IMG/VR virus record: IMGVR_UViG_3300032116_000017
Reading direction: 5' to 3' (one strand)
DNA length: 64,000 nt
Origin: an uncultured virus (IMG/VR IMGVR_UViG_3300032116_000017)
Lineage: Duplodnaviria; Heunggongvirae; Uroviricota; Caudoviricetes
The translations under genes were made by a program, and so were the position numbers. Every line of letters begins with the position of its first letter. Positions within the stretch are counted from its first letter, which is position 1. The notes under the pieces were generated by a model. That model saw only the letters and a list, made by a program, of their open reading frames with translations. It ran no database searches and had not been told where the DNA came from. Positions 1 through 9,604 of the stretch are shown one piece after another.

Positions 1-1
1 T

Positions 2-1471
2 AGTATCTGTTTCAGCTAATGTTTGTAATAGAGGTAAGAAATATAACTGAATCAACATTTTAGTATCAAATACTTCGCTTTCAATTTTGTGACCGTATCT
101 TCCACTTAGCATTGCCATATCAAAACTCGCATTTTGAGCAACTAATATATTTGGTGAGTAATTACTAACCCATCTGAAAAAGTCATCTACTATATCTTTT
201 TCATTTTTATATTTATAATCACCTGATCCATAGTGATTAAACCCCAATACCCACTTAGTTTTATCCTCAGGTTGTAGAAACTTTGATTTAGTTTCATCTG
301 TTAATTTTATCTTTTCATCAAATGTTCCTATTTCACTAAAATTGTTTGATTTGAAATCATACTGAGTTGCTATTGCAGATACTTGAGTTAATTGTTGTTG
401 TTTTGGACCACCTAACCCAGTCGTTTCGGTGTCGCACCAGATAAACGGCAGTGTGGATTTAGATTCTAACCACTCTAATATTTCTGGTATAGTTTTATAC
501 CACATTTTATTTTCATTCAATCCTTCCTCTACCTTATCAAAATGTATATAAACTTGCTCAGATATCGTTCCTTCATTAAGTGTTTTAATTTTTGTTGAAA
601 ATCCTTCAGATTCTAAATAACTTATAGTTGCCTCAACAACAGGACTTATTTCATTCCAAAACTCATCGTGAGTTAGTCTTCTTTGATTTTTAATCCAAAC
701 ATAAGGACCATGTAACCAATAGTGTTTTTTATCTTTCGGTCTTATTAAGTCAATAAATGAATTAAGTTTGGAAGGTGACTCTGTGAATCCACTGATATGT
801 GGTCTGTATCCTAAATCTTCTAATTCTAAAAGAATATTTCTTAAATAAGATTCCAATTCCAATCTAATTGGACTAGTTGGTAGTTTCCACTCAGAGTCAT
901 ATTCTATACCTTCATGTTTAATTGATTCATTTGTTTTATAGTCAAATTTAACTTTTTCACCCGATGGCATTGAGTAAGTAATCTTATCAACATTTTTTAC
1001 TTCATATTTATAACCAGGATTGACATACTTTTTACCTGTTCCCTTTTTAACATAAGCAATTGTTATGTGTGGTTTGTAATCAGGATACTGATCTGAATTA
1101 GGAAACTTAGAAAGCTCATCGTGTAAGTATTGTAAAGCACCATCCGGTTTTACATTAAACTTAACAACATCAAACTTCTCATTCTCAAAGATATCTATAC
1201 CATCTACTACTATGTTTATATTGTCTGTAAAGTTATCAAATACAGATTTTACCATATCTGGAGTTACCGTATCATGAAGACCATAGAGTAAAGTAAGGTG
1301 TGGGTTATTTTGAATTCCGTATGTTGAATCTCCTTCTTCTTCATAAATATCTTCCTCATCAATAGATGATGTTATCTCATTCCAGTTACTAACTGGGATT
1401 TCGACCATAACACATCCATATTGATAGCCTGATGACTCCTTAATAAATTGTATGTAGTTTTTGATTTTCAT
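2..1471 (-). CDS. Partial (runs off left edge) multi-module protein: N-terminal tag, Acb1/T4 gp57B-like 2H phosphodiesterase, repeat-family module, DEDD 3'-5' exonuclease
   Basis: Absent from the ORF track because there is no stop in the window. My translation from ATG 1471 gives MKIKNYIQFIKES, two HxT motifs (PHLTLLYG, DYKPHITIAY), a KTNES junction, LRNILLELEDLGY, an LNE junction, then WCDTETTGL and VAQNASFD (DEDD Exo I/II). Confidence 0.8.
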   Translation of the reverse strand, partial: MKIKNYIQFIKESSGYQYGCVMVEIPVSNWNEITSSIDEEDIYEEEGDSTYGIQNNPHLTLLYGLHDTVTPDMVKSVFDNFTDNINIVVDGIDIFENEKFDVVKFNVKPDGALQYLHDELSKFPNSDQYPDYKPHITIAYVKKGTGKKYVNPGYKYEVKNVDKITYSMPSGEKVKFDYKTNESIKHEGIEYDSEWKLPTSPIRLELESYLRNILLELEDLGYRPHISGFTESPSKLNSFIDLIRPKDKKHYWLHGPYVWIKNQRRLTHDEFWNEISPVVEATISYLESEGFSTKIKTLNEGTISEQVYIHFDKVEEGLNENKMWYKTIPEILEWLESKSTLPFIWCDTETTGLGGPKQQQLTQVSAIATQYDFKSNNFSEIGTFDEKIKLTDETKSKFLQPEDKTKWVLGFNHYGSGDYKYKNEKDIVDDFFRWVSNYSPNILVAQNASFDMAMLSGRYGHKIESEVFDTKMLIQLYFLPLLQTLAETDT

Positions 1472-1893
1472 TAAAATGCTCTTCGTCGTTCTTTTTTATT
1501 TTTAAATATTTCGATAAATATATAATCTCTATATTCTGAAAATTGCAATTTATAATCAGGATATTTATCTGATAATCTTTTTAGACTAACTTTGACTTCT
1601 TGTAATAACTCGTTGTTAGTGTTATGATTTTCAATATGGTTATAAATAGAAGAATTTTGGTCACCAATAAGATTTGCTGTCTTAGCAGTTTTGTGGTCTA
1701 TATCAACTATCGTTTTTAATGTAATAGTTATATATGGTTCTGTTTGATCACCCATCAACATGGAGACTGAATCTCTTTCTATTAATTTTATTTCAGCTCT
1801 CTCATCATCTAATAATTCGGCAAAACATTGATAAACATAATCATAATCTATGTAATCATTTTCACTTTCATTAAATCTTCTTAGCCTTTTCAT
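1471..1893 (-). CDS. N-tagged hypothetical protein, paralog of 1930..2322
   Basis: Shares MKRLRRFNES, DYDYVYQCFAELLDD and NELLQEV with its neighbour. Confidence 0.8.
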   Translation of the reverse strand: MKRLRRFNESENDYIDYDYVYQCFAELLDDERAEIKLIERDSVSMLMGDQTEPYITITLKTIVDIDHKTAKTANLIGDQNSSIYNHIENHNTNNELLQEVKVSLKRLSDKYPDYKLQFSEYRDYIFIEIFKNKKERRRAF

Positions 1894-1929
1894 TATATTT
1901 CTCCTATTTTATATAGTTTTTTATTTTCA

Positions 1930-2322
1930 TTAAAATGGATATTGTTCTTTTTTCTCTTCACCACCAAATATGTTAATATGAATTGAATAACCAAATATGT
2001 CAAAATTAATTTTATAAGTTGGATATTCTTCTGATAATCTATTTAAAGCAACTTCAACTTCTTGTAACAATTCGCTATTTGATTTTACGCCGTTTATGTA
2101 GTCAAATAATTTAGACCTTTCAATAGTGACAGTTCCTCCGTTATCTCTTCTTTCTGGATTAGATTGATTAATTTTCAAATCTATGGTAATATACTTTTGA
2201 TAATCATTTTCAAATTCTCTAATTTGTGCTTTATTATCATCTAACAATTCAGCGAAGCACTGATAAACATAATCATAATCTATATCAATTTTACTTTCAT
2301 TAAATCTTCTTAGTCTTTTCAT
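1930..2322 (-). CDS. N-tagged hypothetical protein, paralog of 1471..1893
   Basis: Same N-terminus and core motifs as 1471..1893. Confidence 0.8.
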   Translation of the reverse strand: MKRLRRFNESKIDIDYDYVYQCFAELLDDNKAQIREFENDYQKYITIDLKINQSNPERRDNGGTVTIERSKLFDYINGVKSNSELLQEVEVALNRLSEEYPTYKINFDIFGYSIHINIFGGEEKKEQYPF

Positions 2323-2789
2323 TATATTTCTTCTATTTTATATTTCATAAATCTCATAAACTTGTTATGTAATTCATTTCTATCCTCTACATTAAATACA
2401 AGGTTATTAACTTTCATGTAACTAACCATTCTTGGAAAATCATCTATTTTAGATATCTTATAACCTAAGTAGTCTAAACTATCTTCTAAGTGTTGATATT
2501 CTTCTGGATAAATCCTACTCAAATCTCCAGTTGTTTGTTTATAAACAAACATGTCAAATCCACTTTCATCTGGAACTAATTTTATTAAAAATAAAAAAGA
2601 ACGTTCTTTTTCAGGTACACTATTTAAAAATTCATCTATGTCTAAATTAATAAAGAATATATCTTTACTATCATCATTTTTTATAACAGCTATCTTATAG
2701 TCGTCTATTTGATTCTCAAAACAAGAAAGAATGACTTCTTCTAATTCCTGTTTAGACTCAAATAATTTATATGATTTAAGAAACCTCAT
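2322..2789 (-). CDS. N-tagged hypothetical protein
   Basis: Starts MRFLKSYKLFES; TAATATATA upstream. Confidence 0.75.
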   Translation of the reverse strand: MRFLKSYKLFESKQELEEVILSCFENQIDDYKIAVIKNDDSKDIFFINLDIDEFLNSVPEKERSFLFLIKLVPDESGFDMFVYKQTTGDLSRIYPEEYQHLEDSLDYLGYKISKIDDFPRMVSYMKVNNLVFNVEDRNELHNKFMRFMKYKIEEI

Positions 2790-2794
2790 AATTG

Positions 2795-2803
2795 TATATA
2801 TTA
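2795..2803 (-). promoter_or_regulatory. Putative phage late-promoter motif TAATATATA (representative copy)
   Basis: Recurs just upstream of starts: (-) 4582, 9599, 12756, 32320, 34615, 37028, 50959, 55877; (+) 25525, 25957. Confidence 0.6.
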
Positions 2804-2827
2804 ATTTGTCATCTTAAAAAGGATTAT

Positions 2828-2835
2828 TATCTTTG
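2828..2835 (+). promoter_or_regulatory. Bacteroidota-type -7 promoter box TAnnTTTG
   Basis: TATCTTTG shortly upstream of ATG 2852; the same box precedes seven other genes. Confidence 0.6.
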
Positions 2836-2851
2836 TAGAAATAATTAAAAG

Positions 2852-3043
2852 ATGGCAAGAGAAAAAGATATTATTAGATTAGAGAAAGAGATTAAAAGTA
2901 AAATGGCTCAGATTAAAAACAAAAAATTAGCACCATCTGAGTCTGGTATTGGAAAACTTATCAATCTAATGAAAACTTTTGATGAGCCTCTTTTTGATAA
3001 ATTGATGTCTGATTATAAACAGATACTCAAAGATATAAAGTAA
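2852..3043 (+). CDS. Hypothetical protein
   Basis: 63-aa ORF behind a TAnnTTTG box; fills the gap between minus-strand genes. Confidence 0.65.
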   Translation: MAREKDIIRLEKEIKSKMAQIKNKKLAPSESGIGKLINLMKTFDEPLFDKLMSDYKQILKDIK

Positions 3044-4576
3044 TTATTTAACTTTAATCTTCATCTTAGTTCCGGTTGATATCTTTTCACAACTAAGTTC
3101 AAATCCGTGCTCTTTGATAATTGCTAAACAGATATTCAGACCAAGTCCGGCCTCTTCAATATCTTTGTGTTTAGCTTTAATAATCTTTTCAAATTGTCTT
3201 TCTGAAAGACCTCTACCATTGTCTTCTACAACTATGTTATCTTCTTCTAAATAAATCTTGACTAATTTATTCTCACTATCATTATATTTGAGACCATTTT
3301 TAATTAAGTTGTCAACAGCATTCCAGAAAAGTGTTTCATTTGCCTCTAAAGTTGTAAGTTCTCCTAATTCAACTTGCTGATGATAAGAAGTTTTAGAAAT
3401 TGAATCTTCTAATAATTGTCTGATATCAACTTCTTTCTTTTCCAAAACAACATTTTGTTTTACTAAGTTTGTAAATTCATAAACACTCTTATAAACTTTT
3501 TGAGTGTGATTTAAACCTTCTCTAATCATTTTAACTGATCCGTCAATCTTTAGATTTTTTAACTCATCTGGAGTAATTCTTTTTTCCAAAGATGAAATTC
3601 CTCTTGGTATATAAGTATTGATTCCTGAATGCATATCGTGTCTGATTATTCTAGCAGCATGTTCTAAATAAGTATTCTTTTTATTTATGTCTTCTAATTG
3701 TCTTTCAATTTCTTTATCTTGAACTTTAATAGTTCTTCTTTGTAAAAGTGCTAATACAGAAAGTATAAGAACGGTGATTGCTAAAATAGCACCCCATAGC
3801 CAATTTTTGATAACTTGTTTCTCTTCCTTTAATGTTTCTTTGTCAATATTCAAATCAATTACTTGTTTCTCTTTCTTTAAGGATTTGATATTAACATCTT
3901 TAGCATCAATTAGGTCTTGACTGCCATTGTTATCTATTAATTGCTTTTTTTCTTTTTGGATTTTTTCAATTTGATTATCAATTTGTTTAGAAAGATTTTC
4001 TAAATCTTCTTTTGATAAACTATTAAATGTTTGTGGAAGATTTTTAAGAAAATCTGCATCTTTTTTAAGACTTTGTAATTCAGAAATACTCAATTCTGTT
4101 TTAGATTCTTCAGTTTTTTTCTCCAATTTATATTCTTTTTCTAACTCATTTCTAATTTCCTTTCTAATTTGAGAAATATTATTATAGTATGAGCTATCTC
4201 TAAAAACGTCTTTTAGTCTAACTCCTTTTTTTTCAGAAAATCTTTTAATTTTAGAAAGGTAAAAGTCAGCTTCTTGATAAAGGCCTTTATTATAAAACTC
4301 TACTCCTAACTCTCTATAAAGTCTTGCTTGTTCAGTAGTTATTTTATTTACATCTTCTAATGAAGCTGGATTTAATTTATAAATTAATTCCATTATAGTC
4401 TCATCTTCCGGCAAGATAGGAACACCTTGGTCATAAACTGCCTCATATTCATTTATCTTATTGTAAATAACATTTTCAGACTTATTTTTTAATGTGTCAA
4501 TATATTGATTAAAATTTATTTGAGAAAATAAATTGCATGAGAATAAAGTTATTAAAGTTAAAAGTAGTGGTTTCAT
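3044..4576 (-). CDS. Membrane sensor histidine kinase
   Basis: Signal peptide, coiled coil, TM helix, H-box (RHDMHSG), N-box (DNLIKNGLKYN), G1 (EDNGRG), G2 (GLGLNI). Confidence 0.85.
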   Translation of the reverse strand: MKPLLLTLITLFSCNLFSQINFNQYIDTLKNKSENVIYNKINEYEAVYDQGVPILPEDETIMELIYKLNPASLEDVNKITTEQARLYRELGVEFYNKGLYQEADFYLSKIKRFSEKKGVRLKDVFRDSSYYNNISQIRKEIRNELEKEYKLEKKTEESKTELSISELQSLKKDADFLKNLPQTFNSLSKEDLENLSKQIDNQIEKIQKEKKQLIDNNGSQDLIDAKDVNIKSLKKEKQVIDLNIDKETLKEEKQVIKNWLWGAILAITVLILSVLALLQRRTIKVQDKEIERQLEDINKKNTYLEHAARIIRHDMHSGINTYIPRGISSLEKRITPDELKNLKIDGSVKMIREGLNHTQKVYKSVYEFTNLVKQNVVLEKKEVDIRQLLEDSISKTSYHQQVELGELTTLEANETLFWNAVDNLIKNGLKYNDSENKLVKIYLEEDNIVVEDNGRGLSERQFEKIIKAKHKDIEEAGLGLNICLAIIKEHGFELSCEKISTGTKMKIKVK

Positions 4577-4600
4577 AAATCTATATATTAATAAAAAATA

Positions 4601-4876
4601 TTAATAGAAAGTATTTTTCAACTCAAATTCAATGTCATCATCATCACTTTTTTCAAAATCAAAATCGAATCCCATATTTACAATATATGATGCGACACAA
4701 TCAACCATCATTGGATCCGCTCCTCTTTCTTCCATGTATTTCATATAGTCTTGAATAGTGAAACTACCTTTCTCATTTTTTAGTTTTTGTAATTTAGGTA
4801 AAATGTCTTTAGCGATATCTTCATGAATATCAGAGTCTAATTTTCCGTAAGATTCAAAAGTTTTTAAATGTCTCAT
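4601..4876 (-). CDS. N-tagged small acidic protein
   Basis: Starts MRHLKTFES. Confidence 0.7.
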   Translation of the reverse strand: MRHLKTFESYGKLDSDIHEDIAKDILPKLQKLKNEKGSFTIQDYMKYMEERGADPMMVDCVASYIVNMGFDFDFEKSDDDDIEFELKNTFY

Positions 4877-4889
4877 ATCTATATTTTTT

Positions 4890-6956
4890 TTACATTTCTT
4901 CTACCCAAGGTTTCTTACCTCTTCTTTCAAGTTTCTCACACATATCTTTCCACTCATTAGGCTCAAATTTAAGTGCATTTTCTTTTAAGAATTGTCCTAC
5001 TTGTTTTTTTAAGTCACCATTTGGAAGTTTTCTTGTATGACCCATCCAAGCAAAAGCATCAACAAATCCAGATTTACAACCTTTTGACATTTGGTCATTT
5101 ATAATATCCATTCTACCATATTCAGCAGCCCATTTAACTACAAAGTTTTTACCAGCTTCTTCTGATTTAACTCCATATTTTAATAACATTTGGTATCCAG
5201 CAAAATAAGATTCTCCAATCTCTGTAAGACTTTTCCAAGATCCTTTACAAACTTTTCTGATTGGAAGATTTGAATTAAAGTTAGCATCAGCTCCTGCTTT
5301 TAAACAGAATTCTAAAGCATCTTCATCACAAACAATGTTATTAAATACATCACCTGTAAGAACCGCGTGATTAGAAACTAACAACTTAATCATTTCCATA
5401 TCTTTAGCTTTAGCAATTGCTGAATCAGCTCCTTTTTGTAAGTTAGGTGTTCCACCCAACGCAAAAATCATTTTAACTCTTTCTATATCATTATCTTCAA
5501 CAGCATTGATAAGAGCTTTTCCATTATCTCTATTTATGTCAGCTCCAAATTCTTTAACATATCCTTGTAAATCAGCCGCTGTAATAGTCCTTTCTCTACC
5601 AGTTTCTGGGTCCGGAATAGTTTTCTTAATAATAAATCTTTCAGCGTCTTTTGCTCTCTTTCTTCTGTCAATTTCTTCTTGACTAAGAGGTTGTAAGATA
5701 TCAAAAAGACTATCACCAATCTCGTATTCATTCTCCCATTGTTTTAAGAGTGATTTAAACTCACCACCTATATAATTATTATTCACTGTTTGACAAGCAC
5801 CATTATCCCAACTTCTATTCGGTTTCATTGTAATTCCAATAGTCCATCTAGTATTTGTAGATGAAAGATTAAAATTATAAATGTAGTATTGAATATTATA
5901 CTCACCTAAATAACTATTCCAGTGAGACTCGGTATTCACAATACAGTGTGAGCAGTGAGAGTTTAGCATTTTGTTAGCCGCGTAAGAATTGACCTCTACT
6001 ATCATAATACCAGATACATTGTAAATAACTTTACATCCTTTAACACCAAGTAAGTCATTTACTTTATTAATCTTTTCAATTCTATCAGAGTATCCTTCTG
6101 TTCCAGAGGCGTCTAAGTGTTGTTTTGCAGCTCTGATAAACTCAACAAGTGGATTTTCCTCATTATTAAATCTAGCTAATCTACTTCTCCAAACTAATTT
6201 TCCAAAATTTGGATTTGGTTTTCCATCTCTTGTTGTCTCCCAATTATCAACAAGCATTTCGCCAAAGAAAGTTTTCCAAATAATTTCTTTTTTATCATCT
6301 GGAGTGATACTTTCAAAACCAACAGCTATTTCTATTAGTTGTTCCATTTGAAGTTCAGTTGCTGAGTTAGCAGCTTTTTTCAATTTTGGAGGAAGAGTAT
6401 CAATAATTTTTTTAACCTTTCTATAGTCTCCTAATTTATCTAATTCATCCGAAAGAATCTCAGCATTTGTATGATTGTTAGATGGATTTGGAATTGACTC
6501 ATCTATAAAGTTAATATCAAATTTCTTTGGAAGTTTATCTAACAAGTCTTTATATTCTATAAGAAGACCATAAAGTCTTTCAACTTCTTCATAAGATATT
6601 CCTTCAATGAAATACATATAAACAAAATTATAAAGATATCCGATGTTTGGTTGAAAAAGGTCTCTTAGCTTAACAAACTCTTCATTGCGTTCAAGATTTC
6701 TAACTTGTTCATCTGTTAATCTAACATCTCTCATTTTCATTCTGATTTCGTTAAATTGTTCCGGTGTAAAGTCATTTTTAGAAAGACCTTTCTTTTCACC
6801 ATTTCTTAATTGGTAATCTAACTCAGAATCAACAAATTTTAAATCAGTAGCCAACTTTTTTATAACAAATTGGTCTTTCAAAAACTTTTTTGATTTATCA
6901 AGATTCTCATTAAGAGGATGTAAATTAGTAAATTGGTTATATCTAAATAACTTCAT
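4890..6956 (-). CDS. N-tagged large protein with C-terminal ankyrin-like repeats
   Basis: Likely start at 6956 (MKLFRYNQF...LNE); ankyrin-like GADINRDNGKALINAV, AGADAN, WAAEYGRMDII. Confidence 0.7.
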   Translation of the reverse strand: MKLFRYNQFTNLHPLNENLDKSKKFLKDQFVIKKLATDLKFVDSELDYQLRNGEKKGLSKNDFTPEQFNEIRMKMRDVRLTDEQVRNLERNEEFVKLRDLFQPNIGYLYNFVYMYFIEGISYEEVERLYGLLIEYKDLLDKLPKKFDINFIDESIPNPSNNHTNAEILSDELDKLGDYRKVKKIIDTLPPKLKKAANSATELQMEQLIEIAVGFESITPDDKKEIIWKTFFGEMLVDNWETTRDGKPNPNFGKLVWRSRLARFNNEENPLVEFIRAAKQHLDASGTEGYSDRIEKINKVNDLLGVKGCKVIYNVSGIMIVEVNSYAANKMLNSHCSHCIVNTESHWNSYLGEYNIQYYIYNFNLSSTNTRWTIGITMKPNRSWDNGACQTVNNNYIGGEFKSLLKQWENEYEIGDSLFDILQPLSQEEIDRRKRAKDAERFIIKKTIPDPETGRERTITAADLQGYVKEFGADINRDNGKALINAVEDNDIERVKMIFALGGTPNLQKGADSAIAKAKDMEMIKLLVSNHAVLTGDVFNNIVCDEDALEFCLKAGADANFNSNLPIRKVCKGSWKSLTEIGESYFAGYQMLLKYGVKSEEAGKNFVVKWAAEYGRMDIINDQMSKGCKSGFVDAFAWMGHTRKLPNGDLKKQVGQFLKENALKFEPNEWKDMCEKLERRGKKPWVEEM

Positions 6957-6960
6957 AAAT

Positions 6961-7938
6961 TTATTTTTTCTTTTTTGATTCTCCAGCAAACGGACTTAAT
7001 AAATGTTTTAGATTCCAAGATGGAATAAATTTCTTATTATGTTTTTCATAGTCTTCGTATGATTCAATTCCTGAATCTACAACATTTTGATAGTATTGGA
7101 TATTAGCACCTTGTTTATTTAAGTCGGATATTCTATCTCCAATGTCAATTCCTTTGGTCATTTTTCTTAACTTATTCCATTGATCGACCGTTTGTTGTCT
7201 TGGAAGAGATTCGTTTACATAATCTACAAAGTTTAAAATCTTAGACTCAGATAACTGACCTTTAGACATTTCAATCACCTCTTTTGATGTTGTTGTGAAA
7301 TAAAGACCGTCTTTTATAAACTCATTTCTGTTTGCAATTGAAACTCCATTTTTACCAGGAAAAGCCGTTATAACAGAAAGAACTACTTTATCTCCTAATT
7401 TACCTAATTTAGCTCCAATAAAACTTAAAAAGGTAGTTTTTTCACCTTCACCCTGTTTTACTTTAATATTAAATTCATTACCTCTAGAATCTTTGTATGT
7501 ATAAACATTCATAGATTTAAATTCATCTGAATTAGCATCTAACTGATGGACATTTTCAACACCAACATCTGTTTTAGAATCTAAACCTAACCATTTAAAC
7601 TTTTCAGCTTCATCTGGATTTGTAACTTTTGTTTCACTTGGACCAAACCCTTTGGTCATTTCAGTTGGTTTATTATTTTTAACTAACTCAACGATTGCTT
7701 TCTTTAAATCAACTCCTTTATCAAATTTAGAACCTGGTATAGTTTCTTCAACATGTGAATCTGTTATATGAGATAAATCTCCTAATAATAGAATAAAGTC
7801 ACCGGATTCATAAACTGTATCTTTATTTGCCTCAACTTTTCCTTTCAGAAATTGATTATTATCAATCATCGATTGAATTTGAGAGTATATTAATTCTTCC
7901 CCATCTTCTACATTTTCAAATAATCTTATGTGTTTCAT
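6961..7938 (-). CDS. N-tagged protein with possible toxin-type RNase fold
   Basis: MKHIRLFEN; HITDSH...GSKF...VITAFPG pattern; internal VNES junction. Confidence 0.5.
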   Translation of the reverse strand: MKHIRLFENVEDGEELIYSQIQSMIDNNQFLKGKVEANKDTVYESGDFILLLGDLSHITDSHVEETIPGSKFDKGVDLKKAIVELVKNNKPTEMTKGFGPSETKVTNPDEAEKFKWLGLDSKTDVGVENVHQLDANSDEFKSMNVYTYKDSRGNEFNIKVKQGEGEKTTFLSFIGAKLGKLGDKVVLSVITAFPGKNGVSIANRNEFIKDGLYFTTTSKEVIEMSKGQLSESKILNFVDYVNESLPRQQTVDQWNKLRKMTKGIDIGDRISDLNKQGANIQYYQNVVDSGIESYEDYEKHNKKFIPSWNLKHLLSPFAGESKKKK

Positions 7939-8369
7939 TGTTGTAATAATTCTTTTATATCATTCAAAAGTTCAGATACATCATCAAATGAACCAGAGAA
8001 AGCATATCCGTCTCCACCACAACTAAATTCAAAAATAACTTTTGAGTTGTATTTATTTTTACCTTCAGTTCTTCTTTCATACATATCAAATTCATCTGGA
8101 ATGCTTTCGTAAGTATTATCCATGTTCATTCTTACAAAATCATCAGCAATACTTTCAGATTCTTGTTCTGATTTACCTGCTGATATAAGGCTATTGTAAA
8201 CTAATGTGTTTATAATATTTTCTAATGTACTTTCAGAACCATAACTGTAACGGGCTTCAACCTTTTCGTTTAGATGGTCCTCAAATTGTTCAAGTGTTGT
8301 TTCATCAGTCACTACGAATTCTTCATCTTCGTTAGATTCAAATAACTTAAATGATTTAATATATTTCAT
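7935..8369 (-). CDS. N-tagged acidic hypothetical protein
   Basis: Starts MKYIKSFKLFES. Confidence 0.75.
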   Translation of the reverse strand: MKYIKSFKLFESNEDEEFVVTDETTLEQFEDHLNEKVEARYSYGSESTLENIINTLVYNSLISAGKSEQESESIADDFVRMNMDNTYESIPDEFDMYERRTEGKNKYNSKVIFEFSCGGDGYAFSGSFDDVSELLNDIKELLQQ

Positions 8370-8405
8370 ATTAAAAATTAATTTTTAGTATATATTAAAA
8401 GTAAA

Positions 8406-8429
8406 AAACCCACTTTTTAAAAGTGGGTT
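8406..8429. terminator. Hairpin terminator downstream of nrdB
   Basis: AACCCACTTT/AAAGTGGGTT inverted repeat with A tracts. Confidence 0.7.
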
Positions 8430-8457
8430 AAAAACAAAAAAAGAAAAAAACAAACGA

Positions 8458-9417
8458 TTAGAAATCATCATCTAAGTTATCAAAGTCGATAGCTTTGTCA
8501 GATGCCTTTTGATATTCAGAAACCCTCTTCTCAAAAAAGTTAGACTTGTTTTGAAGTGATAACATTTCCATAAAATCAAATGGATTTTCCACACCGTAAA
8601 CTTTTGAACAACCAAGTTCAGTTAGCCAAAAGTCAGCAACATACTCAATATATTGTTGCATAAGTTTAGAATTCATACCAATCAGTGCCACTGGCAGTGA
8701 ATCTGTAATAAATTCTTTCTCAATCTCAACTGCTTCACATATAATTTGTTTAATTCTATCTTCAGTGACTTTATTTTGGACATATTTACTGTGTAGCATA
8801 CAAGCAAACATACAGTGAAGTCCTTCATCTCTTGAGATTAACTCATTTGAAAAAGTAAGACCCGGCATAAGACCTCTCTTTTTTAACCAGAAAATTGAAC
8901 AAAAAGATCCAGAAAAGAAAATACCTTCAACAGCTGCAAATGCAATAAGTCTTTCAGCAAATGATTCTGATGAAATCCATTTAAGAGCCCAATCAGCCTT
9001 CTTTTTAACCGCAGGTACTGTTTGAATAGCATTAAAAAGATAATCTCTTTCCTGTGAGTTTTTGATGTAAGTGTCAATTAAAAGAGAATAAGTTTCAGAG
9101 TGAATATTTTCAATTGCTATTTGAAATCCATAAAAACATTTTGCTTCTGGATATTGTACTTCTTTTAAAAAGTTTTCAGCTAAATTCTCATTTACAATTC
9201 CGTCAGATGCTGCAAAGAAAGCCAAAACATGTTTAATGTAATGTCTTTCATCATCATTTAATTTTTCATTCCAATCCGTAAGATCTTGCGCCAAGTCAAT
9301 TTCTTCAGCAGTCCAGAATGAATGTTCAGCAGTTTTGTACAATTCCCAAATATCATTGTATTTCAATGGGAAAAGAACAAATCGATTAGGGTTTTCTGTT
9401 AATATGTGTTCGTTCAT
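8458..9417 (-). CDS. nrdB: Ribonucleotide reductase class Ia beta subunit
   Basis: [30 protein letters not shown]-like [33 protein letters not shown]. Confidence 0.97.
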   Translation of the reverse strand: MNEHILTENPNRFVLFPLKYNDIWELYKTAEHSFWTAEEIDLAQDLTDWNEKLNDDERHYIKHVLAFFAASDGIVNENLAENFLKEVQYPEAKCFYGFQIAIENIHSETYSLLIDTYIKNSQERDYLFNAIQTVPAVKKKADWALKWISSESFAERLIAFAAVEGIFFSGSFCSIFWLKKRGLMPGLTFSNELISRDEGLHCMFACMLHSKYVQNKVTEDRIKQIICEAVEIEKEFITDSLPVALIGMNSKLMQQYIEYVADFWLTELGCSKVYGVENPFDFMEMLSLQNKSNFFEKRVSEYQKASDKAIDFDNLDDDF

Positions 9418-9504
9418 AAATTTTATTTTGATTTAGATTATATATTGAAAAAAGACACTGTTGTTTATATTAATTTTGTAAATTATGAAAAGAAAAAATA
9501 TTTA

Positions 9505-9598
9505 AAAACGAAAAGGGGAAGTAGCGAATTTCCCCTTTTCTATTAGCATAACTAATACCGGTCCTAAAGATGGGACTTTCGTCCTCCGGTTCATACCT
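9505..9598 (-). ncRNA. Candidate small structured RNA ending in an intrinsic terminator
   Basis: Follows TAATATATA; ACCGG/CCGGT stem enclosing GGAC-GAAA-GTCC, then TATTAG/CTAATA hairpin, then GAAAAGGGGAA/TTCCCCTTTTC plus T tract. Confidence 0.45.
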
Positions 9599-9604
9599 TA
9601 TATA

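Noticed and set aside
9545..9598. Hammerhead ribozyme suggested by GGACGAAAGTCC
   Set aside because: The CUGAUGA core is absent on both strands.
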